From a virus (lineage: Duplodnaviria > Caudoviricetes), in the IMG/VR virus record IMGVR_UViG_3300033407_000078, positions 1 to 34,520 of that record: a stretch of 34,520 nt of DNA; one strand, 5' to 3'. This document shows positions 7,593-17,356 of the stretch, one piece after another. The notes under the pieces are model-generated. The model searched no databases. It was not told where the DNA came from and saw only the letters and a program-made list of their open reading frames with translations. Numbering within the stretch: the stretch's first letter is position 1; every line of letters starts with the position of its first letter. The translations under genes and the position numbers were made by a program.

Positions 7593-8998
7593 TACGGCGC
7601 CGGCTCCTTCCTGCCGTCGGGGTAGACGCGGAAGCGCATGCGCTCGCCGGTCTTCTTGTTCGTGGCCCACTTGATCACGAAGCCCTTGTCGGATTCACCG
7701 AGCGCCCCCGTCCCCTTGTCGATATCTCCGCGCATGACGTTTGCCGGCGACTCCCTCAGCATTCGTTTGGCCTCTTCGGGGGGGTAGCCAAAGGTCCCCA
7801 TATTCCCGGTCGCCTCTTCCTCCATCAGCTGCCTGCTTCGCCTGAGGATGGGCATGATGTCGAACAGCTTGATCGCGCTCGGTCCGCCCAGGAAGTCGTC
7901 GATCAGGGTCAGTTCTTGCGGAGTTGTCGCCGCGCCAGTGTTCGCGTACTCCGGCCGCTTCATCAGCTGTCGCATGCGAGCCACGGCCGCGCGGAGCTTC
8001 ATCAGGCCAGACTCGTCGATGTTGACCTTGGAGCCGGCCGCGGCCTCCAGTTCGTCGAATCCGCGCATCAGGTTTTGGTGAGCGGCTACGACCTTCGCGG
8101 CGTTGTGGCGAAAGGTTCGCTCGCTCGGCGGGAGCGGCTTCGGCTTATTCCCCGCCGCTGCGGCCCTGGCTGCCGCTGCAGCCCGCGCAGCTGCCGCCAT
8201 CCTCTCGCGAAGATCGCGGTCCTTGCCCGACTCGTCGAGCTGCGTGGGAACATCCTGCTTGTACGTCTGGTTTTGCTGGGCGGTGAACCCCTGCTTGCGT
8301 AGCTGCTGGTCGGTGTTGAAAAAGTACTGCATCGCCTGCCCGGGGCTCACGGCTCCGGTGCGAAGCGCGCCGCCGGTGATGGCCGCAGCCTTGCGGCTGG
8401 CGTCGTCGGTCAGGTGCTCGGCCACCTGGCTCTCGAACGCCTGGGCCATGCGGTCTCCCTGTAGGCGCTTGATCTCGTCGGCCTCGCCGGGATCGACGTC
8501 GAACGACCGGCCGCCTGGGCCGGTGAAGCGCATGGCGCGGTTGAACCCCGCGTAGGGGTTCGCCTGCGCCTGGGGCTGCTGCTGTGGGGCTTGCGGGCCC
8601 TGCTGACCCTGCTGGGGTTCCGGGCCGCCGTGCTGGTAGCGCCCCCAGGGCATCATGGCGCCTCGCTGGGGTGCAGGAGCAGGGGCCGGAGCTGGCGGTG
8701 GCTGGCTCTCGCCGCCGCTGTAGCCGTAGGCCTCGGCGTAGGCCTTGGCCGCCGCGGGGCCCTGCTCCCGGGCGATGCGGCTCACCTCGGACCGTAGTTT
8801 GGCGTCGCGGTCGGTCTTGCGCGCCGCGTGCTCCTCGCGGTCCATGCCCAGGCGCTCCTGGTCCATCATCGACCGCTGCCTGGCCTGCTCCTCGGCGCGT
8901 CCGTCGCGGCGTCGCTGGGCGATGATGTCCCCCAGCTCCCCGAGGCCTCCCAGGCTCAGGAACGACGGCCGCGGGGCGTTCATTCGCCAGTTAGCCAC
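7592..8998 (-). CDS. Putative ejection protein 2
   Basis: Start reassigned to GTG 8998 (GGAGG 5 nt upstream). Coiled-coil, Q/P-rich linker and Ala-rich tract. C-terminal WATNKKTGER motif is of the type seen at the end of podophage injection proteins. Confidence 0.6.
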   Translation of the reverse strand: MANWRMNAPRPSFLSLGGLGELGDIIAQRRRDGRAEEQARQRSMMDQERLGMDREEHAARKTDRDAKLRSEVSRIAREQGPAAAKAYAEAYGYSGGESQPPPAPAPAPAPQRGAMMPWGRYQHGGPEPQQGQQGPQAPQQQPQAQANPYAGFNRAMRFTGPGGRSFDVDPGEADEIKRLQGDRMAQAFESQVAEHLTDDASRKAAAITGGALRTGAVSPGQAMQYFFNTDQQLRKQGFTAQQNQTYKQDVPTQLDESGKDRDLRERMAAAARAAAAARAAAAGNKPKPLPPSERTFRHNAAKVVAAHQNLMRGFDELEAAAGSKVNIDESGLMKLRAAVARMRQLMKRPEYANTGAATTPQELTLIDDFLGGPSAIKLFDIMPILRRSRQLMEEEATGNMGTFGYPPEEAKRMLRESPANVMRGDIDKGTGALGESDKGFVIKWATNKKTGERMRFRVYPDGRKEPAP

Positions 8999-11183
8999 CG
9001 GCCCCTCCCGAAGATGCCTTTGCGGCCAAACCACCGATGGACATCAGGTTGTTCAGGAACTGCTGCCGGGCCGCCGCGTCCAGGCCCGACGACTGGAGCA
9101 GAAGGTCAATCTGGGCGAGCTGGCTTTCGGTGAGCGCGCCCATGGCGGCCATGTCGTACGCCTTCTGAATAGCGGACTCGGCATTACCAAGCTGCAGCGC
9201 CTGATCGAATTGCGTCCTGAGGTTGTCGAGGCGTTCGCCGCTGGCGGCACTCGCCGTGTCGAGGCCGAATTGGTCGCCCGCCGCCTGCTCGCCGCTGGCA
9301 CCCTGGGCGCCCTGGAGGCCCAGGGACTGGCCGGCGCGGTATTCGTCGCTGGAGGCGCCAGCCAGGCGGTCCTGGGCCTGTCCGCGGCCGAGGACGTCCT
9401 GGGAGTAGGCGCCCGCCAGGGAGTCCACCCGGGCGCGCTCCTGCGCATCCTGGCTGTCCGTTTGGCCCATCGTCCCGTAAAGCAGATCCTGGCGCGCCCG
9501 CTGGTCGAGGTCGGTTTGCCCCGCCAGTCCGGCCAGCGTGTTCCCGCGGCTGACGTCGCGCTGCACGCCCTGGCCGATCAGGTCGTTGACCATCCCCTGG
9601 CGGGCAAGATCCACCTGGTCGCTCTGGCCGGCGCCCTGTAGGCCGAGCTGCCCCAGGCTGAGCGTCTGGCTGTCGCCGAACTGCGCAAGGCCGGCTTCGA
9701 GCGCCCGGTGCTGCCCCCCGAGCTCGTCGCGGCTGGTGGCCAGGCCGGCCAGCATGCGGTCCTGGTCGCCCGCCAGCCCGGCGCGGGTGGCGTCGCCGAA
9801 GGTGGACAGGTCGGCTAGGCGTCCCTCTCGCTGGCCGCTGAGGTCCGTCATGTGGCCCTCGCGCGTGGTCGCCAGGTCGGTCTGCATGCGGTCGCGGCCC
9901 AGACCCACTTCGGCGGCCAGACCCTCGCGGCCGAGGATGTTCTGCTCGAGCGCGCCGGCGCCGCTGAGTTGCTGCCCCAGGCGTTCCCGGCGGGCGGATC
10001 CGGCCGAGGCCGCCAACTCTCCTCGGCGGGCAAATTCGTCGGCCGCCAGGCGCGACAGACCCCGGCGCTCCATGTCCAACGCCTGGCCGCTGGTGAAGCC
10101 CCCACGCGCGGCGGCGCTGCCCTGCTGCTCGCGGATAAAGTCCTGCTTGAGCTGCTTGAACGCAGGGTTTTCCCCAGTCATTTGGCTGGTATAGAAATCC
10201 TCCTCGTAGGTCGGACCCTCGGCCGCCAGCTTCCCGTAGGTGTCGTGCAGCGCCCCTTGGCGGTTAGCGTCGAAGCCCCCCAGGAAGCGCCCGCTGTCGC
10301 CGCCGCCCTGGGCAATTGTCCGCTGCAAACTGGCCGTGGGGGAGGAACCGCCGCGCATCTCGCCCAGGAGCTGAGCCGTGTCACCGCCGCCCTGTTGAAG
10401 ATCGTTCAATAGCCGGCCACTGGCGGTATTCCCGCGCTCGAAGTCGCTCAACGCCCGGCCGCCGGCCGTCCCTCCGGCTTCGACCTTTCCGGAGAATTCC
10501 CCGGAATAAAATCCCGGGTCGATACCCTGCAGCCCCCGCAGCGTGTAGTCCGTGCGGCGGGCGGGGTCCATGAGCTGCAGGTTGGCCAGTGCCGTGCTTG
10601 TCTGGCTGGGAATGCCCCCTAGCGTGCGCAGTTCTCCTACCCGCTGATCGAGCGCGTCCGGGGTGGCGTAGCCTGCCGCCAGGCTGGAGCCCAGGCGCGA
10701 ACTCGCGCCGTAGCCGCCGGCGTATCCCTGGAGTTGCCCCAGGTTCTGCTTGAGCTGCGACGGGTTGACCGCGCCGCTCGAGCGGTAGCGCTCGGCCAGC
10801 GGGTCAGCGCCGTACCCCTGGCTCTGCACCTGCTGGTAGCGGTTGCCGAGCGTGTTGGTGGGCTGATACTGGCCGTACCAGTCCCGCACCTGCGTGGGCG
10901 CGCCCTGGTAGTTTTTGGCGAAATCCTGGACGTAGCTCGGCTGTTGCGTCTGGAAATCCTGGTATGCACCGCCTGCGCGCTGGAAGCGGTCAATCGCCAC
11001 CTGGCCGCGGCGGTCGTACTCGGCCGAAGTGGAGACGCCGAGATTGGACAGACCGGTCTGCGCGTCAGCGATAGCCGATTTTTGACCCTTGGTGCTCGGG
11101 TGCACGACGGTCATGGCGGTGCCGCCGCCGAGGGCTTGGCCGAAACCCTTAAGTCCACCCCATGCGCTGCCCCAGAATCCCAT
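8991..11183 (-). CDS. Putative ejection / pilot protein 1 (730 aa, repeat-rich)
   Basis: MGFWGSAWGGLKG start, G/Q/A-rich, SAAARGGFTSG motif typical of P22 gp7-like DNA transfer proteins. Follows the gp10-like gene. Confidence 0.65.
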   Translation of the reverse strand: MGFWGSAWGGLKGFGQALGGGTAMTVVHPSTKGQKSAIADAQTGLSNLGVSTSAEYDRRGQVAIDRFQRAGGAYQDFQTQQPSYVQDFAKNYQGAPTQVRDWYGQYQPTNTLGNRYQQVQSQGYGADPLAERYRSSGAVNPSQLKQNLGQLQGYAGGYGASSRLGSSLAAGYATPDALDQRVGELRTLGGIPSQTSTALANLQLMDPARRTDYTLRGLQGIDPGFYSGEFSGKVEAGGTAGGRALSDFERGNTASGRLLNDLQQGGGDTAQLLGEMRGGSSPTASLQRTIAQGGGDSGRFLGGFDANRQGALHDTYGKLAAEGPTYEEDFYTSQMTGENPAFKQLKQDFIREQQGSAAARGGFTSGQALDMERRGLSRLAADEFARRGELAASAGSARRERLGQQLSGAGALEQNILGREGLAAEVGLGRDRMQTDLATTREGHMTDLSGQREGRLADLSTFGDATRAGLAGDQDRMLAGLATSRDELGGQHRALEAGLAQFGDSQTLSLGQLGLQGAGQSDQVDLARQGMVNDLIGQGVQRDVSRGNTLAGLAGQTDLDQRARQDLLYGTMGQTDSQDAQERARVDSLAGAYSQDVLGRGQAQDRLAGASSDEYRAGQSLGLQGAQGASGEQAAGDQFGLDTASAASGERLDNLRTQFDQALQLGNAESAIQKAYDMAAMGALTESQLAQIDLLLQSSGLDAAARQQFLNNLMSIGGLAAKASSGGAGG

Positions 11184-12625
11184 TAGAAATTCGCCTCCTC
11201 GACGTAGGCCGTCGCCGGTAAGATGCGGTACACGTCATCCCCGTCGCCGCTCACTTCCCACTGCCGACGACGGTGGGGAGCGCCCGCGGGGGAGATGGAC
11301 ACCTCGGGGTCGCGCGTTCCGGGTACGCCCAGGGGGAAGCGCGCCGGGGGGTTGAAGTCGCCGACGTCGTCGCGCCATCGGATGTCGATCACGCTGTCCG
11401 CCGAGGCAGCCTGTCCGCGCTCGAAGGCAAACCGCGCCTCGGTCACGTGGCGACGCGCGCCCATGTCGAACCCCGTGCGCGCCACCCATTTCAGCGGGTC
11501 GTCGAGATCGCGCGTCGACTCCAGCGTCAACTCGGCGATCGTGCCGTCGGGCATGCCCACCAGGTGGGCCTTGATGTCCGGGTGGTAGACGTAGGACGTC
11601 GGCGCCCACGCCTGCCACCGGCCATCTCGCCATGAGCGCCACTCGCTCCACGTCTGGCTGTTGGCCTCGTAGGTGTACGCGCTTTCGTCGGCGACCCACG
11701 TGAGCAGGTCGAAGCGGCCGATGAGGGAGCGGAAGCCCCACACTGTCTCTGGCGACGCCAGTCCCTTGAAGGTGTCGGCCATTCCCCGGTCGCTGACGAT
11801 GTCGAAGTTCCGGCCGTCACCAACCACGGCGCGCTCATGGCTGTCGAGCCATGCGAACGCCGAATCCACGCGGAACACCGTCGTGGGAGACCGTGCGCCT
11901 AACTCGGGGCTCGGGCCGGGGGTAAACGTCTCGGTGGCGTCGGGAGAGAACACCTGCAGCGTCTCACTGCCGAACAGGAACAGCTCACGCGCGGTCGCCC
12001 CGCATGCGACGGCGCGGTCTGGACGCGCTTCGGCCTCGCGGAAGTCGAGTACTGTGTCGAACGTCTCGAGGTTTCCGTCACCCGGAAGGCTCCAGTAGAA
12101 GCGGCCCTCTGGCGCGTTTTCGACGACGACCAGCCGCTGGGCAAGCAGGGCGACGTCGCTCGCCGGGGGCGGACCGCTGACGCGCGCGACGCCGCCAGCA
12201 TTGATCCGGCTCATGTCGGCGCCTCCAACGGCGAAGATATTGTGCCTGGCGGTGGCAAGGCGGACGGGGCCAGTGCCGGAAATGTCCTCCGTCGCCGCCG
12301 CCGATAGCGACCGCCACCCGCCCGTACTCGACACGCTGTATACGCGGCGGCGGCGGTCTAGGCCGGTCTTCGCTCCCGAGTCCGTGACGTAATAGACATC
12401 GCCTCCCAGGATGGTCATCGCCACCACGGGGTGCGCGTGCTCCGCCGCCAACGTAGCCGGAAACAGGCTCCACGCGCGAAGTCCCGGGCGCGTGCGCACG
12501 GCGCGCGGCTGACCCTCCCTAGGAGGACCCTCCACGAGCAGATTTAGCATCATGGGCGACGCGCCCGACAGCGGGCTTTCGTCGCTCTGGCTGACGTCGA
12601 GGCGTATGGCAGTCGGTTCGGCCAT
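11183..12625 (-). CDS. Tail hub / packaged-DNA stabilisation protein (P22 gp10-like)
   Basis: 480 aa. RTRPGLR, AEARPD, LFLFGSETLQVF, YEANSQTWSEW and IRWRDD motifs, and synteny with the gp4-like gene. Confidence 0.8.
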   Translation of the reverse strand: MAEPTAIRLDVSQSDESPLSGASPMMLNLLVEGPPREGQPRAVRTRPGLRAWSLFPATLAAEHAHPVVAMTILGGDVYYVTDSGAKTGLDRRRRVYSVSSTGGWRSLSAAATEDISGTGPVRLATARHNIFAVGGADMSRINAGGVARVSGPPPASDVALLAQRLVVVENAPEGRFYWSLPGDGNLETFDTVLDFREAEARPDRAVACGATARELFLFGSETLQVFSPDATETFTPGPSPELGARSPTTVFRVDSAFAWLDSHERAVVGDGRNFDIVSDRGMADTFKGLASPETVWGFRSLIGRFDLLTWVADESAYTYEANSQTWSEWRSWRDGRWQAWAPTSYVYHPDIKAHLVGMPDGTIAELTLESTRDLDDPLKWVARTGFDMGARRHVTEARFAFERGQAASADSVIDIRWRDDVGDFNPPARFPLGVPGTRDPEVSISPAGAPHRRRQWEVSGDGDDVYRILPATAYVEEANF

Positions 12626-14220
12626 TACTCCTCGCGTACCCAGGCCGGGTCACCACCGGTGTTCCGCCGGACGAACCGGACGGCAACGTCGCCGTTGAGC
12701 GGCGTCGGCAGTACGGTCGTGCTCCTGTAAACGGCATCCCACGTCAGCGTGTATGAGGCTGCGCTGCGCAGACAGAGCGTCAGGTGCTCACCGTTCCACG
12801 CTGTCGCCGGGTCGCCATCCTCGTGCACGGGGGCGTTGATAGTCGCGTTGCCGTTGACCTCCTGGAAATTGACCGAGAAGTCGACGACCGGGGTAACGGT
12901 CGCTCCCGTGGAGAGTGTCTTGGTCTGCGCCAGCCGCCCTTCGCTATGGATACGGCTGGCATATGTCACGTCGTCGAGCTTGATCGGAATCCACGTGCCG
13001 GCGCCGCCAAGGTGATTCCCGGACTCGATTACCGGCACGTCCGCCTGAACATTCGCGAGAATAGAAGCCCCGGCGCCGGAACCGGCACTGTGGCACGTGT
13101 TCCCCGTGATCGTGGCGCTCCCGCCGGTGATGACGACGACCCCGGCGCCGCTGCCGGTCTGGAATTCGTTGCCGCACACCAGGAGGCGGTCGGCGGCCGA
13201 CTGAATCGCCCGGGCGAACGCCGACGCGAAGGTCAGGCAGCCAGAGATGATCGTGCCGTCAGCGTTGGCGCTGACGGCAATCTTGCCACCGGCGCTAGTC
13301 GTGTTCATCGCCAACAGGCTGTTGACCAGGATAGTCGGCGTGTCGACGTTGATTCGCCAGTCTCCCGTGGCGTTTTCAAAGCGACAGTTGTCGACGCAAT
13401 ACCCGGGTGCCTGCGTGATGCTCAGGATGTTACTCGACGACGAGCCGGCTCCCGTAACGGTGAAGCCCAGGTTTGAGATGCGCCCACCTCGTACGTTGGC
13501 CGTGCTGCCACAATTCACGGCCAACACCGTTCCACTGGCACCGACAAACTGAATCGTGGACGCGTTCTTTCCTGCGCCCATCAGGGTCACGCGGTGGTCG
13601 CTGATGACCAGTCCGGTCGTCACGCGGAACACCCCCGGGCGCAGGAACACCACGCCCCCGACGGGGCTCGCAGCCTCCGCCTGGTCGATCGCATTCTGGA
13701 TGGCGCCCGTGTCGTCGGTGGTCCCGTCGCCGACCGTGTTGGCCACGATAAACGGACGCTCCTGGAACAACTCGTAACGGATGGCATCCTTGATGAGGAA
13801 AACGTTGCCCGAGCCGGTGGCGCCCGGGATGCCGCTGATATTTACGCCACCGTCGATGGCGTCGAGACTCCCTTGGAGCTTGGTCAGGATATCGTGCAGG
13901 CTGATTTGCCCGCCAACGCCTTCCGTGCCGTTGATCAGCGTGCCGGTCCACCCCGGGTGTCGCACTATCAGCGACTTGGCGCTCACGCCATCCCTGAAGC
14001 TGTCGACCTCGACGCCACTGGAGCTGTAGACAACGACGTCAACCAGGTCGGGCGTGTAGAAGCCCGCGCGGCCACTGGCGTTCAGTGAACGATCGGTGGT
14101 CGTCGACCCCAACTCGAAATCGCTGTACACCGTTGCCGGAGACGACGGCGCTCCCGCGAGCGTCACCTCGAACGAGCCCCCCGGCGCCTCGGGGTAAACG
14201 AGGTTTACGCGGTGGCTCAC
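12625..14220 (-). CDS. Tailspike with pectate-lyase-like beta-helix and N-terminal virion-attachment region
   Basis: VGDGTTDDTGAIQNAID...GGVVFLRPGVFRV...VTLMGAG motif, followed by ITGN/CGN beta-helix repeats. Confidence 0.85.
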   Translation of the reverse strand: MSHRVNLVYPEAPGGSFEVTLAGAPSSPATVYSDFELGSTTTDRSLNASGRAGFYTPDLVDVVVYSSSGVEVDSFRDGVSAKSLIVRHPGWTGTLINGTEGVGGQISLHDILTKLQGSLDAIDGGVNISGIPGATGSGNVFLIKDAIRYELFQERPFIVANTVGDGTTDDTGAIQNAIDQAEAASPVGGVVFLRPGVFRVTTGLVISDHRVTLMGAGKNASTIQFVGASGTVLAVNCGSTANVRGGRISNLGFTVTGAGSSSSNILSITQAPGYCVDNCRFENATGDWRINVDTPTILVNSLLAMNTTSAGGKIAVSANADGTIISGCLTFASAFARAIQSAADRLLVCGNEFQTGSGAGVVVITGGSATITGNTCHSAGSGAGASILANVQADVPVIESGNHLGGAGTWIPIKLDDVTYASRIHSEGRLAQTKTLSTGATVTPVVDFSVNFQEVNGNATINAPVHEDGDPATAWNGEHLTLCLRSAASYTLTWDAVYRSTTVLPTPLNGDVAVRFVRRNTGGDPAWVREE

Positions 14221-14229
14221 CTGGGCACC

Positions 14230-14943
14230 TCAGCAAAAGACATCGTCGTCCACCTCGAAGCGGATCGGCCCGCGCTCCGTGTCGTCGACCAGGGCCCGTG
14301 CCTCACCCGCGGCGCCCTCGATCACCAGCTCGCGCTTGACGTCGCGGCGGCCCTTGCTGCCGGCGAACTTCGCCGCCAGGCTGGTCATGACACTCTCGAA
14401 GTACTTGACCGGCAGGTCGAGCGTCACACTCCCGGGCTCCACGTCTCGCAGCCGGCGCGTGCGCGGGTAGGTGATGCTCACCGACTCCGTGCCGTCGGGG
14501 ACGGGCCACAGGTGGATCCGCCACGTGCTGTCGCTCTGCTTTTCCGGCCAGTAGGCGGTGGTCGGCCCCTCGAGCAGCTTGTCTGTGTTCTCCTGGTAGC
14601 GGCGGATGTCCCACAACTCCAGTTCGCGGTCACGCCCGTCGCTGGACTTCACCGTGGCCGGGGATTCGACGCTCAGCGTGTCGCTGGAGGCTGTCACGTA
14701 TGCCACACTCGCGGTGAGCGTCTTCGTCTCGAGCTCGCGGGCATGGAGGAGGACGCCCATGTTCTGCAGGGCCTGCAGGCGCGTCCCGAGCCACACGCGG
14801 CCCACCTCGAACTCGGCCGGGTAGGTCTGCGACGCCGTGTTGATTTCGTGGAATGACAACACCGTGGCCTCGACCATGGCCATGGCGATGAAACGGTCGA
14901 CCGTGATCGACTGCGTGGCGGTCGTGGTAGCAGCGATCGTCAT
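14230..14943 (-). CDS. Head-tail adaptor (P22 gp4-like position)
   Basis: Start reassigned to ATG 14943 (ATGA overlap). Motifs LQN.G..L, G.TT.YW, IHLWPVPD and LDLP..Y...M...LA..FA are typical of podophage adaptors. Confidence 0.75.
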   Translation of the reverse strand: MTIAATTTATQSITVDRFIAMAMVEATVLSFHEINTASQTYPAEFEVGRVWLGTRLQALQNMGVLLHARELETKTLTASVAYVTASSDTLSVESPATVKSSDGRDRELELWDIRRYQENTDKLLEGPTTAYWPEKQSDSTWRIHLWPVPDGTESVSITYPRTRRLRDVEPGSVTLDLPVKYFESVMTSLAAKFAGSKGRRDVKRELVIEGAAGEARALVDDTERGPIRFEVDDDVFC

Positions 14944-16550
14944 GGCCGCAGCCCTCCGCGGCCGAGCCGATGGCGAGGTGCCTCGCGGTACATGAGGCCC
15001 GCGGCAGCCACTTCCCACGGGCGCGTGCGCCCGGTGGGCGGGTCGCCGAGTGGCTGCAGGCGCAGGCCGCATCGGCTGGTCAGGATGCCCAGATGCCGGT
15101 AGCCGTCGCCGAGACCGTTGACGCTCCTGGGGCGCTCTCGGCTCATAGCGGTCCGCCACCGGCTGAACCCGGCCGCCTGCCGCGCGCTGTACAGCGGAGC
15201 GAGCAGGCCGACGGTGGCCGTCGCCAACACCGTGGTGGCGTTCTGCTGCGCGCCCACGACCTGCAAGCTCTCGCCGAGGCATTCCCGGGGGTCGTACTCG
15301 CCAAGGGCGTCCCGCCACTTGCTCCGCGGCGAGTCCGTGTCGGGGGTCTCCAGCGCGGTGTTACTGGACATGCCGACGAGCCAGTCGAACTGCGTCGCCG
15401 TCGCCGCATCGCCGGCTACGGCTCGCAGGTGGCGCAGACCGCGCGCCCACTGCAGGCTGTCGATACGCGTCCCCGTGGCCTGCAAGCCGTTGGCGTACCG
15501 CCAGCTACCGTCACCACCGAGGGCGGCCGGGTAGGCGACGAAGGACCCGAAGGGAGTGACCGACGAAAATCCGTTGACCACCTGGCCCTGGGTCGCGTCG
15601 TGTACGCCGGTGGTCCAAAACGCCTGCATCTCGGCGATGCACGTCGACAGCAGCGCCGCGCGAGACTGGCTGAAATCGCCCGCCACGTCACTCGAGCCAA
15701 CCACCTCGTCGCCCACTTCGTCTTTAAGCGCCGCCCATAGTTCCAGGGCGGCCAGACCGTCGGGGCGGTACTCGTGGTCGAATACGGCGCCGTCTATCCT
15801 CCCGGTCAGCGCCCCGTGGTGAACGCGCGTGGCGCCACCGGCGTCGGTGGAGCTGAAGTCGGCCGCCAGCCGCCCCCCGCTCTGGGCCGTGCGGCAGAAC
15901 CAGGCGGCCGCCCTCGCAGATGTGAGATAGGCGGGCTTACCGATCACCTGGTAGGCGCGCAGCATTGCCAGTCCGGCCGCCGCCGAGTGGATCGGATAGT
16001 AGGTGTCGCTGCCCACGCCGCGTTCCCACGCGCCATACCCGGTGGCCGCCGTGTCTCCAAGGATCTGGCGAGCGGCCATCCAGTCGGCGATTTCTTCCAG
16101 GGCCACCTTTGCGTGGCTCACCGCCTGTTTGGAGCGCGTGTTTTCCGCAACGAACCCGTGCAGGTAGATGGCCGTCCACGCGGCGCTCAGCACGCCCGAC
16201 GAGAACGGTTCACTGCCCACCACACTCGACACGCCGCTGTCCTCGGTGAACGTGTATTCGTCGGTCCGCCACCGGGGAACGCCGTTCTCGCTCCCGGTTA
16301 GCCACATCAGCAGCGCCCCCTCGGCGGCGTCGTACGTCTCCAGCGGCGCGAACGGCCGCGCGTTGGGCAGCGGCTTCGTGCGGAACGACTTGGGCCGCAT
16401 TCGCCGCTCGTGCGTCTCCAGCGGCGTGTAGTGCGGGTGCCACGAGCACACGACATCTTTGCCGATCTTTCGGAAGGTCCCCGACTTGGCGTCGCGCTGG
16501 GCGCCGCACAGGTCGCACGTGACTTTGGGGACAGGCGCTCGGTAGATCAC
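14940..16550 (-). CDS. Fusion of an N-terminal Cys/His (CDLC...C..H) module to an alpha/alpha-toroid-like domain
   Basis: N-terminus CDLCG...VCSWHP...PLPNARP. Helical-hairpin repeats IADWMAARQ...GAW and YYPIHSAAAGLAMLRAYQVIGKPAYLTSARAAAWF resemble six-hairpin glycosidase/epimerase/prenyltransferase folds. Confidence 0.6.
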   Translation of the reverse strand: MIYRAPVPKVTCDLCGAQRDAKSGTFRKIGKDVVCSWHPHYTPLETHERRMRPKSFRTKPLPNARPFAPLETYDAAEGALLMWLTGSENGVPRWRTDEYTFTEDSGVSSVVGSEPFSSGVLSAAWTAIYLHGFVAENTRSKQAVSHAKVALEEIADWMAARQILGDTAATGYGAWERGVGSDTYYPIHSAAAGLAMLRAYQVIGKPAYLTSARAAAWFCRTAQSGGRLAADFSSTDAGGATRVHHGALTGRIDGAVFDHEYRPDGLAALELWAALKDEVGDEVVGSSDVAGDFSQSRAALLSTCIAEMQAFWTTGVHDATQGQVVNGFSSVTPFGSFVAYPAALGGDGSWRYANGLQATGTRIDSLQWARGLRHLRAVAGDAATATQFDWLVGMSSNTALETPDTDSPRSKWRDALGEYDPRECLGESLQVVGAQQNATTVLATATVGLLAPLYSARQAAGFSRWRTAMSRERPRSVNGLGDGYRHLGILTSRCGLRLQPLGDPPTGRTRPWEVAAAGLMYREAPRHRLGRGGLRP

Positions 16551-17356
16551 TATGACGTAAAGACGAGGTTGCTCGCCCCCCCCAGGTTGCGCGCGTGGAC
16601 GCGGTACAGGCTTCCCGTGGCAACGAGCAGGTCAGAGCCGCCCAGGAAGTCGATGTCGACGCCCACGAGACCCGTCACTGCCGCCGTGGTCTTTAGCGCC
16701 TCCTCTCCCCAGCCAACGCTATTGGCGATACCGTCGCCCTGGAACGTCAGCCGCTCGAGTTCGACGTCGCTGACCGCAGCGCTAATCAAGATCCCGTTGG
16801 CAGGCGGGGCCGCCGCGTCGGTGCTCACGGCGTAAAACTGGCAGTCGCGGAGCCGCAAGGCCGAGGCTCCCGTCGTGATGGCCACACCGCCCCCTGTGGT
16901 CTCGGCGCCGCAGTCGACCCGGCAGTTCCACGCCCGGATACCGGCCGCCCCGAGATCCAGGGCGAAACCGGCCGTGACCGTGGGCTCCAGAAAGTAGATA
17001 TTCTCCAGCCACGCACGCGCCCCCGGGTCGATCGCAGCGCCGCCGTGGCCCGGGGTGAGCCGAGCGCGGGTGGCCTCGCCGCCCTCGGCGAACAACCCCA
17101 CATCGGCCTTGAGCGCCAGCGCCGACGTGAAGGTCTCGGTGTGCTCCTCCAGTAAGACGATCGTGTCGCCCGCTGTGGCGTTGGTGTTCGCCTGTACGAT
17201 CGTAGCCGTCGGGAATTTCCGGCTCAGCCCGTCGTAGGTGTTGTCACCCGAGACGCTGGAGACGTAGCGGTAAACGCCAGACGCGTACACGAGAGTGCGC
17301 GTTGCCAGCGTCGCTCCGCTTGCGCCTCCGTTGTAAACCGCGTTTGGGCTCGCCAT
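16550..17356 (-). CDS. Right-handed beta-helix (DUF1565-like) protein
   Basis: YVSSVSGDNTYDGLS...P.ATI.QA......GDTIVL motif followed by NCRVD/DCQF coils. SD AGGAG. Confidence 0.7.
   Translation of the reverse strand: MASPNAVYNGGASGATLATRTLVYASGVYRYVSSVSGDNTYDGLSRKFPTATIVQANTNATAGDTIVLLEEHTETFTSALALKADVGLFAEGGEATRARLTPGHGGAAIDPGARAWLENIYFLEPTVTAGFALDLGAAGIRAWNCRVDCGAETTGGGVAITTGASALRLRDCQFYAVSTDAAAPPANGILISAAVSDVELERLTFQGDGIANSVGWGEEALKTTAAVTGLVGVDIDFLGGSDLLVATGSLYRVHARNLGGASNLVFTS

Noticed and set aside
8991-11183. Tape-measure protein (siphovirus or myovirus)
   Set aside because: No tail tube, sheath or baseplate genes are present. The gp4/gp10-like neighbours indicate a podovirus ejection protein.
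2229-14220. Diversity-generating retroelement or invertible tail-fibre cassette
   Set aside because: No reverse transcriptase, recombinase or TR/VR repeat pair was visible by eye.
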